The notes beneath the pieces are model-generated. The model was not told the DNA's origin, did not search any database, and was given only the letters and a program-made list of their open reading frames with translations. DNA of 64,000 nt from the human T2T-CHM13v2.0 reference genome, Homo sapiens, in the NCBI RefSeq assembly GCF_009914755.1, contig NC_060938.1; one strand, written 5' to 3'. Below, piece after piece: positions 1 through 15,200 of this stretch (positions are counted from its first letter, which is position 1; each line of letters starts with the position of its first letter). Both the position numbers and the translations under genes were made by a program.

Positions 1-2439
1 CGAAAAAGCCTCTATTCTCATTTTTTGGATTCTCTTGTTTATCCCCTCCAGACCCTTCTTGCCTTCTTTAAACTGGCCTGCTTTCTATACATAATTCTGA
101 ATAAAATTCTGAGTGTTTAATGAGAGGCAGAGAGAATTTTTGAACAATTTCCAAGGCATCATACATTTTTACTATTTCTTAGTAGAGTCTAACCTGGGTC
201 CTGCTGGAGGCCATATCAAACTTTAAAAAACCCTGACATATTTTGATCTACAGGATAGGGCTCTTTGATGCGGATCATAAAAATATTGGTTGGATGAAGA
301 TAACTTTTTAAACTGAATTTGGTAAAATCAACAATAATATAGATATAGGTTTAATTGAAATTTAACTCTTATGAAATCTATCTCCTACAAAATTTGTGTA
401 TTTGGTATTTTCCTGCATCACCAACAAGCACTTAGCATAGCATAATTTGTGCATAAATGCTCTTAATCTTGATGAAGAAGTGAGAGAAAAGATTATTATT
501 ACCAGTCTGTCACCATGTCCTTAAATCAGACTTCTAAATTATTTTGCCCTTTGTTTCTCTGCCTAATTGAGATAATGAACACACCAGGCATCCAGGCATG
601 ACTAAGAGTATGTGGTAGGAATAGAGGGTTTGTGTGTATGTTCAAAACCAGCTGAGACAGGTGAGTTAAGAAACAACATTTTGAACAGTGACTCTTCAAA
701 ATCTCATCCATACTCCTAGAAGCTTGCACTTTTTTTTAAAACTAAGAATATGCAAATTAGAGCTTTATCTTTTTGGAATGATATTAAAGAGAGATAAGCC
801 CACAAGTGTTGGGTCCCAAAGAGGTGTCAGACAAAGCTGTATTTTGTTTCAAATTGTTGCTTTTTTGTTTAGTTTCAAACATTCATGTTAAACTGCAATA
901 ATAGAAGCTCAGCAAAGGTAGGAAGGCAAGATATAAGAGACCAAACCTTGAGTCCTAATATTAAAATTTATTTGGATGGAGAACGAGGCACAAAAATATT
1001 CAGTTTTTTCCAGCAAAGCAAAATTTATGATTATCTATCTCATGAAAATGTGATGGAAGTAGATGCTGATAATTTTCTGTAGAATAAGGCAAGGTGCCCA
1101 GAAATTATCTGCAGAGGGAGTATTATTACATATTTAACACAACACATTTTTATTGAATTGTGTGTGGCATTTGTATTATTTTCTTGACTGACAGAAGCCT
1201 TCTAATATCTGTCAGCTTCATGTCCACTGTGATTTTGCAAACCCTATATGTGGCTAGTAAGAACTCCAGTATTTCCAATGTGGTATCGCCCAACAAATTA
1301 GGTATTCCTAGGCCTCAGCAATACCCCTGAGAATGGATCTTCCATAGTGAAAGAACAGAGAGCTTGGATCATTCTAGAGAAGTCAGAGAAGAAGGGTGTC
1401 AGAGTTTATTAGTTGGTTCTCTCTTCATGAGAGGAAAAAAAATAGACAACCAGGTTCAAGGGGTAGTGCAGGGAAAAAAATAAAATACACCTAAAAAAAG
1501 AGTTTAGGTAGAGAGAAAAAGAAGATGATAGGACTGAAAAGGTACAAAAGAAATATCTGGACTTTCAATTCAAAAAAATTACTAAGGTCAGCTCTGACCT
1601 TGGGTAATGATTATTGTCTGTCCCCCACCTCACCCCAACAAAGAAAATCTTATCATTATTTTATCTTAACAAAAGTTTCAGTTTCATACCTCCTTCTAGA
1701 ATCTTCTTTATAAAACAGCCTGTAGGAAATGCTATTAGTGCATAGGCAAGCAGGTTTCTATTTAGAAACCTTCTGCAGCAGTGCCATTATGTGTCAGCAG
1801 AAATGAACAGCCTAAGCAAGGTTAATTTTTAGAAACCGGCTAATGCAGAAATATGAGTAAAAGAACTTGGAATGTGATAAGACTTCATGTGGAAATGAAG
1901 CCCTGCAATAAAGAAACTTAAACCTCTGACAATAAAAATACATCATGGCAAACATAAAATAGATTAATAGAAAAAGGAAATAAAGGAGAAGAAGAATACT
2001 CAAAATATCCTTGGAAAAAGTTTTGCTTTCCAGTATAAAAGGCAAAATTACATAAAAGTTAAATTTGACGTAATGCAAAAATGGAAATACCTACTAGTCT
2101 TTACATATATGTATTTTTTAAAGTCTTCATATTATAAAAACAATTGTTACAATAAGCAAAAATGTGTGGTGGTTAGCAACATTTAATCTGGCAATAATAA
2201 AATTATTTTTCCTGATAGCATATAGCAATACATTTTTTATTGCTATAAACACTTAGCTATAATATGTGAACTCTACTATAAAATTCAGGTTGTATTTACA
2301 TGTACTTTGGGACAAGAAAAGGAAGTTTTCTCATCCCTATGCTCACAAATTAGCCCAGTATTTCTTTTAAAAATCTTCCTATCTTTATTTCACAGTACTG
2401 TGATATACAAGGCCCAAGACCTTTTAAAGTAACGCTCTG

Positions 2440-2913
2440 AAAAACAAATTATTTCATTTAGAAACGTGCAAAAGATCTCAATAGAAATTTTTCCAAAGAA
2501 GTGGTCAACAGGTATTAGAAAAAGTGTTCAACATCATTAATTGTCAGGAAATTGCAAATCAAAACCATTATGATCTATCACTTTACACCCATTTGGACAG
2601 CTATCATCATAAGACAAGAGCTAACAAGTGTTGGGGAGGGTGTGGAGAAAGGGATCCCTTGTACACTGTTGGTGGGAATGGAGATTGGGGCAGTCATTAT
2701 GGACAACTGTATGGAGATTCCTAAAGAAATTAAAAATAGAATTACCATGTAGCCCAGCAGTCCCTCTTCTGGGTATACAGCTAAAGGAAACAAAATCACC
2801 AACTCATAAAGATATCTGTGCTTTTATGTTCACTGCAGCATTATTCACAATAGCCAAGATATTAAAACAATCTAGGTGTTCATGAACAGATGAATGGATA
2901 AAGAAACCAGAGG

Positions 2914-2973
<60 letters not shown>

Positions 2974-3122
2974 AAATATTATTCAGCCTTTCTTAAAAAT
3001 GAGAATATTCTGCCATTTGCCACAACAGGGATGGACCCAGAAAACATGGTAAGTGAAATCAGCCAGACACAAAAGAAAAAGATTTCACTTATATGTGGAA
3101 TCTAACAACAACAAAAAAAAAG
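2440..3122 (+). mobile_element. Old LINE-1 3' fragment (L1MA-type; end of ORF2 plus 3'UTR)
   Basis: Degenerate match to the L1 ORF2 C-terminus (ORF track [18 protein letters not shown] and [29 protein letters not shown]), homologous to about 12700-13320 of the young L1; ends in an A-rich run. Confidence 0.85.
2917..2968. repeat. (AC)26 microsatellite
   Basis: Perfect AC run read directly, embedded in the L1 fragment. Confidence 0.97.
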
Positions 3123-3939
3123 GTAAAAAACTTTATCTTCTCTCTTGCTCCGTCATTCACTTATCTCATTTATTTCTGTCCTTGCCACTGGAGATTTGAG
3201 GCTTTTGTTTTTACCTTATACATCTTGAAAAATATTATGATTAACTGCTCTCGAGTTAGCATGTTACATGTCTATTTATGTGGAGAGAGGATGCTTTCTC
3301 TGTAAGTTCCTATTCCAGTTTTCAGGGTAGGGAGTCATAGGGGACATGTCTAAACCAATCAAATTCCCCAGACAATAGGGAACACTTTGCTTTCCTTTGG
3401 AGAGCATTAATATTAATAAAATATGTGGACCATTCTACATTTTTCTTTCTCTCTTCTGAATTCTGTACAGGATATGTCAGTACTATGAAATCAATGCTTT
3501 TACTGGTAAATACAAATGGGACGCAACATTACTGAAGTCTACCTTAGCTATTTTCACATGAAATGCATTGCCATTAATTTGTCCCTAACCAAATATCTCT
3601 AATAAACAATAAATAATATTCAATGGATTGTGCTTTGGCTAGAGACCTATCCAAAATAAAAATATTAACTTCCTGTTGTAATCACCACAAACTAAAACTT
3701 ATTTGCACTTATTATGAGTTTCTCCTTGAAGCTTGTAAAGCCTTAAAAAACAAGGGAGATATTATTTAAAATAAATACAATGCAAAGGAAGTAAATCCAT
3801 GTGCAGAAAAGAGGGTATCTAAAAAAGGATGACTAAGATTGATAAACTACAAGTAAAACTCATGGTTGAGAATAAAGAAGTCATCAGTAGTTTTTCTTGA
3901 GGCAATTAGTGACCTCTCCTAAACACTTATAATCCTTAA

Positions 3940-4855
3940 ACATTTATCTCCAGATCAGATATTTGTCTTGGATTCTAGACTAATTTATCCTGTAATATAA
4001 CATACATCTCTACTGGAGTGGTTATTTCACAGCAAAGCTTTAAAAAACATGTCTAATTTTCACACCCCTCCAAACTTGAGCTTTGCCTCCTTATTCTTTG
4101 CCTCTGAAAACCACTCCCCATGAATCCAGGTGAAAACCAAAAGCCATCTTAAATTCCTCCTGTCCTCGTGTATTGCAAATTCAAACACTCATCAAATGCT
4201 ATTATTCGACCTTTAAATAATTTTCCAGATCATCATCATTGAGCTGATCTCAGGTTCTTATTTAATCTCAGTAAGTGAAATGTAGAAAACCTTTTATCGG
4301 TACCCTGTCTTTGACTTTTACTCTCTTAAGTCATTTTGCCACACTGCTATCAGTATTATCCTTTCGAAAAATATGAATGTAGCATGACTCATTTATATTA
4401 TTTTCACCTCAAAAATAAAAATCTCATCTGCCTATCATACCAGACTTTTAATAATATTTCCTCCTTTGCTTGTCCAGATACGTTACTGAATGAATCTTCA
4501 AAGGGTATACTATATCTGTATTAAACTACTTGCAGTTTCCTGAATATTGCCTCCCCTTACACCCTCACAGCAGTCATCTTAAACTAATCTTTCAGTGATT
4601 ATATTCAAATATCTGCTCTTCTTTCTCCTAAATAGTTAATGACTTATCCTCTGCTCCAACATACATTATGCACATATTTTCATTAAATTATTTTAATATA
4701 TGTGTGCATACATACATATGTGCACATGTACACACAAATACATACACATATGTACAGGTATATAAAAATCCACCTAAAACACAAGTTACAAAGGATATTA
4801 TGACACTTAGACTAGTGCCTGGCACATCAGTCATTCAGAAAATTGCCTAAATGAG
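3940..4855 (+). mobile_element. L2 LINE relic (3' part)
   Basis: catttatctccagatcag...catctctactgga resembles L2 ORF2; L2-type 3' terminus ttagactagtgcctggcacat at about 4808-4826; boundaries approximate. Confidence 0.65.
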
Positions 4856-5281
4856 TAGAGCGCAAGCAATATTTGAGCTTTTCACAAACATTTTCTGATA
4901 AATACCTGAGCTGCTGCGAGGCATTATATAATGTGGTGAAGATATAGAAACAGCATTCCTAGACCAATCATTCTAATAATTTACCTAAAAATGTCAGTAG
5001 AAAACACATATAAATTTCATTTGAAATAGAATTGGTAATATAAAAGGAAAGACTAATTTTGGGGGCAATGTGACAGAAGGATTAGTGCCAGCAATGTTTA
5101 CAGTAAAGAAGAGGAAGCGTAAAATGAAAGATGTTAAAAAATCATTATTTATATAGACCCACATAAATATAATCAACTGATGTCTGGCCAAAAGAAAGAC
5201 AACAAAGTGGGGAAAGACACTCTCCAACAAGTGGTGCTGGAACAACTGAACATTCACATAAATTCATAAAAGTGGATTTAA

Positions 5282-5575
5282 GGCCGGTTGCAGTGGCTCA
5301 CGCCTGTAATCTCAGCACTTTGGGAGACCGAGGCGGGCAGATCACGAGGACAAGAGATCAAGACCATCCTGGCTAACATGGTGAAACCCCGTCTCTACTA
5401 AAAAATACAAAAAATTAGCTGTGTGTGGTGGCGGGCCCCTGTAGTCCCAGCTACTCCGGAGGCTGAGGCAGGAGAATGGCATGAACCTGGGAGGCGGAGC
5501 TTGCAGTGAGAGACATCACGCCACTGCACTCCAGCCTGGGCGACAGAGCAAGACTCCGTCTCAGAAAAAAAAAAA
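5282..5575 (+). mobile_element. AluY
   Basis: Full dimer with Y diagnostics (accatcctggctaac, agaatggcatgaacc, ggagcttgcagtgag) and poly(A); 14-bp TSD aaaagtggatttaa (5268-5281) / aaaagtgaatttaa (5576-5589). Confidence 0.95.
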
Positions 5576-5595
5576 AAAAGTGAATTTAAGCATGG

Positions 5596-5651
5596 AACTT
5601 ACACTCTTTACAAATATTAACTCAACTTACACTCTTTACAAATATTAACTC
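5596..5651. repeat. Perfect 28-bp tandem duplication
   Basis: aacttacactctttacaaatattaactc at 5596-5623 and 5624-5651. Confidence 0.95.
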
Positions 5652-5739
5652 AAAAAGGGTCATGGACCTAAATGTAAAATGAAAACTATACAATTCCTAG
5701 AATTTAACGTAAGAGAAAGTTTAGATGACCTTTAATATG

Positions 5740-6100
5740 TGCTATGGTCCGAATGTTCATGTCTCTCTAATATTCATATGTTGAAATTCTAACCCGCAAG
5801 ATGATGGTGTTAGACGGTGAGGCCTTTGGAAAGTGATTAGATCGTGAGGTGAAGCCCTCATTGTTGAGGGTACTGCTTTTATAAGAGACCTCAGAGAGCT
5901 ATCTAGCCCTTTCCACCATATGAGGACACAGAGAAAAGATGTTTATCTGTAAAGGAAGTGGGGATTCAGTTAGACACTACATCTGTAGACACCTTGATCT
6001 TGAATTTCCAAGACTCCAGAACTATGAAAAATAAATATTTGTAGTTTATAAGCTACACAATCTATGGTATTTGTTAGAGCAGACCTAGTGGACTAAGACA
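5740..6100 (+). mobile_element. MaLR solo LTR (MLT1A0-like)
   Basis: TG...CA termini (tgctatggtccgaatg ... ggactaagaca), 361 bp, typical MLT1A core ccatatgaggacacag and ccttgatcttgaatttcc. Confidence 0.85.
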
Positions 6101-7524
6101 GAATAGCAACGGCTTTTTTGTCAGCAGCACAAACATCATAAACAAATGAAAGACATAATCAATAAGCTAGACTTCATTAAAATTAAAAACTTCTGCTCTA
6201 AAAGGGTACTGTCAAGAGAATGAGAAAATAAGTTATAGATTGGAATAAAATATTTACAAAAGACATACCCAATAAAGGACTATTACGCAAAGTATAAAAG
6301 AATTCTTAAAATTTAACATAAAGAAAACAAACAACTCAATTTTATAAAGAAAAAATTTGAACAAACACCTCACCAAAGAAGATATAAACATGGCAAAGAA
6401 GCTTATGAGAAGATGCTCCAAATCATGTGTTGTTAGAAAAATCAAAATAAAACAATGAGATTACCACTACAAGCCTATTAGAATGGCCAAGTCCAGAACA
6501 CTGTCGATATCAAATGTTACTGCGGAGGTGAAACAACAGGAACTCTTGTTCTTCGCTGCTGAAAATGCAAAATGGTATATCCATGTTGTAAGAGAGCTTA
6601 GCAGTTTCTTTTAAAACTAAACATACACTTATCATGTGATCCATGGATCATACTCCTTGCCATTTACCCAAAAGAAAACATCACTTTTAATCCATAAATG
6701 TACACAATGATAATTTGCGAATTAAAAAAATTTAAATAAGACCAATCATAAGCTCCATACAAATATTTGCAGTAGCTTCATTCATAATTGCCAAAACTTA
6801 GAAGCAACTGAGATGTCCTTGAGTAGGTGAATAAACTGTGGTATATCCTGATGAAGGAATATTATTGAGCACTAAATAGAAATGAGCTATCCAGACATGA
6901 AAACACATAGAACCTTAAATGTATATTACTAAGTGAAAGAAGTCAATCTGCAAAGGCTATATAACTCAAGCTACATGACATTTGGAGAAAGACAAAACTG
7001 TGGAAATGGTAAAAAGATCCACAGTTACTGTTAGTTAGAGGCATACATAGATGAAATGCAGGATTTCAGGACAGTGAAACTATCCTGTATAATGCTATAA
7101 GAGTGAAAATATGTAATTATTCATTTGTCAAAACCTGTAGAATCTAAAACACCAAAAATAAATCCTAACGTAAACTATGAACGTTTGGTGATAATGATGT
7201 GCTAATGTAGGTTGATCAATTATAATAAAATATACCACTGTGGTGCAGTAAGCAGACAGTGAAGAAGGCTGTGAATGTGAGGAAGAAGGGAATATATGAG
7301 AACTCTGTACTGTCTGCTCAATTTTTCTGTGAACCTAGGACTTCTCTACAAACGAGTCTTATTTAAAAACTAAATTTATGATTTATGAAAGTTAATACTA
7401 AATCTTATTGATTAGATTTAAAACAAGAAACGTTTGAGTATTAACAAATAATTACCAATATAAATATTTTTCAATTAACATTTTCTGTTATAAGGCATTA
7501 AGCTATAGAAAATGTGGTAGATTA

Positions 7525-8422
7525 CCACAAGATGGCCGAATAGGAACAGCTCCCGTCTACAGCTCCCAGCCCGAGCGACGCAGAAGAGGGGTGATTTCTG
7601 CATTTCCATCTGAGGTACCAGGTTCATCTCACTAGGAAGTGCCAGACAGTGGGCGCAGGTCAGTGGGTGTGCGCACCATGTGCAAGCCGAAGCAGGGCGA
7701 GGCATTGCCTCACTCGGGAAGCGCAAGGGGTCAGGGAGTTCCCTTTCCTAATCAAAGAAAGGGGTGACAGATGGCACCTGGAAAATCGGGTCACTCCCAC
7801 CTGAATACTGTGCTTTTCCCACCGGCTTAAAAAACGGCACACCACGAGATTATATCCGGCACCTGGCTCAGAGGGTCCTACCCCACGGAGTCTCACTGAT
7901 TGCTAGCACAGCAGTCTGACATCAAACTGCAAGGCAGCAGCGAGGCTGGGGGAGGGGCGCCCACCATTGCCCAGGCTTGCTTAGGTAAACAAAGCAGCAG
8001 GGAAGCTCCAACTGGGCGGAGCCCACCACAGCTCAAGGAGGCCTGCCTGCCTCTGTAGGCTCCACCTCTGGGGGCAGGGCACAGACAAACAAAAAGACAG
8101 CAGTAACCTCTGCAGACTTAAATGTCCCTGTCTGACAGCTTTGAAGAGAGCAGTGGTTCTCCCAGTACGCAGCTGGAGATCTGAGAACAGGCAGACTGCC
8201 TCCTCAAGTGGGTCCCTGACCCCTGACCCCTGAGCAGCCTAACTGGGAGGCACCCTCCAGCAGGGGCACACTGACACCTCACACTGCAGGGTACTCCAAC
8301 AGACCTGCAGCTGAGGGTCCTGTCTGTTAGAAGGAAAACTAACAACCAGAAAGGACATCCACACCAAAAACCCATCTGTACATCAACATCATCAAAGACC
8401 AAAAGTAGATAAAACCACAAAG
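7525..8422 (+). promoter_or_regulatory. L1 5'UTR internal sense promoter and antisense promoter region; YY1 site at 7528-7538
   Basis: caagatggccg YY1 motif at the 5' end, followed by canonical L1PA 5'UTR with partial CpG decay. Confidence 0.85.
7893..7967 (-). pseudogene. ORF0: L1 ORF0, truncated to 24 aa (MVGAPPPASLLPCSLMSDCCASNQ*)
   Basis: Antisense ATG at 7967-7965 in gcaATGG context; codon 25 is TGA where the recalled consensus has CGA. Confidence 0.75.
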
Positions 8423-9439
8423 ATGGGGAAAAAACAGAACAGAAAAACTGGAAACTCTAAAAATCAGAGCACCTCTCCTCCTCCAAAGGAACGCAGCTCC
8501 TCACCAGTAACGGAACAAAGCTGGACTGAGAATGACTTTGACGAGCTGAGAGAAGAAGGCTTCAGACGATCAAATTACTCTGAGCTATGGGAGGACATTC
8601 AGACCAAAGGCAAAGAAGTTGAAAACTTTGAAAAAAATTTAGAAGAATGTATAACTAGAATAACCAATACAGAGAAGTGCTTAAAGGAGCTGATGGAGCT
8701 GAAAACCAAGGCTCGAGAACTACGTGAAGAATGCAGAAGCCTCAAGAGCCGATGCGATCAACTGGAAGAAAGGGTATCAGCAATGGAAGATGAAATGAAT
8801 GAAATGAAACGAGAAGGAAAGTTTAGAGAAAAAAGAATAAAAAGAAACGAGCAAAGCCTCCAAGAAATATGGGACTATGTGAAAAGACCAAATCTACGTC
8901 TGATTGGTGTAACTGAAAGTGATGGGGAGAATGGAACCAAGTTGGAAAACACTCTGCAGGATATTATCCAGAAGAATTTCCCCAATCTAGCAAGGCAGGC
9001 CAACGTTCAGATTCAGGAAATACAGAGAACGCCACAAAGATACTCCTCGAGAAGAGCAACACCAAGACACATAATTGTCAGATTCACCAAAGTTGAAATG
9101 AAGGAAAAAATGTTAAGGGCAGCCAGAGAGAAAGGTCGGGTTACCCTCAAAGGGAAGCCCATCAGACTAACAGCGGATCACTCGGCAGAAACCCTACAAG
9201 CCAGAAGAGAGTGGGGGCCAATATTCAACATTCTTAAAGAAAAGAATTTTCAACCCAGAATTTCATATCCAGCCAAACTAAGCTTCATAAATGAAGGAGC
9301 AATAAAATCCTTTACAGACAAGCAAATGCTGAGAGATTTTGTCACCACCAGGCCTGCCCTAAAAGAGCTCCTGAAGGAAGCAGTAAACATGGAAAGGAAC
9401 AACTGGTACCAGCCACTGCAAAATCATGCCAAAATGTAA
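8423..9439 (+). CDS. ORF1: LINE-1 ORF1p (RNA-binding protein / nucleic acid chaperone), intact 338 aa
   Basis: Uninterrupted MGKKQNRK...QNHAKM; coiled coil, RRM and CTD regions with REKG, ARR and YPAKLS motifs retained. Confidence 0.95.
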   Translation: MGKKQNRKTGNSKNQSTSPPPKERSSSPVTEQSWTENDFDELREEGFRRSNYSELWEDIQTKGKEVENFEKNLEECITRITNTEKCLKELMELKTKARELREECRSLKSRCDQLEERVSAMEDEMNEMKREGKFREKRIKRNEQSLQEIWDYVKRPNLRLIGVTESDGENGTKLENTLQDIIQKNFPNLARQANVQIQEIQRTPQRYSSRRATPRHIIVRFTKVEMKEKMLRAAREKGRVTLKGKPIRLTADHSAETLQARREWGPIFNILKEKNFQPRISYPAKLSFINEGAIKSFTDKQMLRDFVTTRPALKELLKEAVNMERNNWYQPLQNHAKM

Positions 9440-9502
9440 AGACCATTGAGACTAGGAAGAAACTGCATCAACTAATGAGCAAAATAACCAGCTAACATCA
9501 TC

Positions 9503-13325
<3,823 letters not shown>

Positions 13326-13368
13326 ACAATGAGATCACATGGACACAGGAAGGGGAACATCACACTCT

Positions 13369-13402
13369 GGGGACTGTTGTGGGGTTGGGGGAGTGGGGAG
13401 GG
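13369..13402 (+). other. G-quadruplex-forming motif in the L1 3'UTR
   Basis: ggggactgttgtggggttgggggagtggggaggg, five G-runs. Confidence 0.6.
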
Positions 13403-13643
13403 ATAGCAGTGGGAGATATACCTAATGCTAGATGACGAGTTAGTGGGTGCAGCGCACCAGCATGGTACATGTATACATATGTAACTAACCTGCACAATGT
13501 GCACATGTACCCTAAAACTTAAAGTATAATAATAAAAAAAAAGAAAATGTGGTAGATTAATTAACATATATTTTAAGATTTTTTAAAGATTATATTCTCT
13601 CAGATTTCACTATTATCAGCTGTAAATCAAAGCAACACATTAA

Positions 13644-13950
<307 letters not shown>

Positions 13951-14579
13951 GCAACATAATTTATATTCTGCATTTATTTTTGCTTAAATATAAATTATAT
14001 AAGATTTCAATCACATTTATTAGGTCAGTATTTGAGGATTAAATTTTATGTTTGCAATTAAATCAAACATCAAATTTCAAATCAAATTTCAAAAAAATTT
14101 CCATCAATTGTTGAATTATATCAAAAATAAAGTTTTCCATTTTTAAGACCCAAGTCTATTCCCAAATATATAAAAGTGAATATCACAAGCTAAAACAATA
14201 TTTAGATAATGTGAACTTATAAGCAAGTATGCCGACATTAAAAATTATATAATTTAATTATTAAAAATAGAATTCTATCTGCAGTTACCATTAACATTTA
14301 TTATATAAAATTAATTTCTGGAAGAAAATCTATGTAATATTAATTTTCACATTAAAATTATAATTATATAAAAATCTATAAACAACATAACCACCTATCA
14401 CCAACTGGAATTAAAACCACAAACAAATATGAACACTTAGTTGTTTTGGGCTCAAATAATAACTTTTGTTTCTATATGTTTCTAAATTAAATTTTAAAAT
14501 ATTCCCTTTGTGAATTATAAATATGAGACTCCAGACATCAGACAGTTAGATATTGAGATAGTATCACTAGCACATCAGC

Positions 14580-14710
14580 TAAATAGGGTACCTTTGTCTT
14601 TGTTATTCATCTATTTTATACATTATCATATACTCCATCATGAGAATCAGGCTTGGTACACAATAGACATCTGATACATATTTATGGAATGAATGTGTAC
14701 ATGAGTAAAT
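14580..14710 (+). mobile_element. L2 3' end fragment
   Basis: ggcttggtacacaatagacatctgatacatatttatggaatgaatg resembles the L2 terminus. Confidence 0.5.
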
Positions 14711-15066
14711 GTTTTACTTATAGTCAAAATAATTGACTTAAATATCTAGTCCAATTTTTGGAATATAAACTCTAAGAAATTAAAATCACATTTAAGTTTG
14801 AAATTTCTTGAAAGAAATTTAATTCAGATGTTAACCGTATGACACAGTATGCATCAAGAAAAATCTCTTTTGTTAAAAAGAGATTTTTATACTTACAAAC
14901 TCCGCACATAATACTATCTCCTTTAAAACACATAGGTGAGTTCATATTAAAATAATGATTATCTTAGAGAGTAAGATATAAAGCAGAAGGAAGCCAGAGA
15001 AGATAGCTGAAGAATAAGTTACAGCTATGTGTTAATTTGTTCTTGAATTTCTATTACCAGTATATC

Positions 15067-15200
15067 CCATGTATTAACTCACTTATCCTCTAAAGAATAC
15101 CGCAAAATAATTTATATTAGTAATACAAATATACTACTTATATATTAATTTTTTTCAGATAAGGAAATTAAGGTCTTGAGAGATACTATAGAATGTAGAA
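15067..15200 (-). mobile_element. MIR fragment
   Basis: catgtattaactcacttatcctc ... ttttcagataaggaaattaagg resembles the antisense MIR core. Confidence 0.5.

Larger units (their letters stand above)
5150..7372 (+). mobile_element. Old LINE-1 3' portion (L1MC-type), interrupted by AluY and MLT1A0
   Basis: L1 ORF2-like aagtggtgctggaacaactg; L1MC-type 3'UTR cctaacgtaaactatgaacgtttggtgataatgatgtg...ctgtgaacctagg. Confidence 0.8.
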
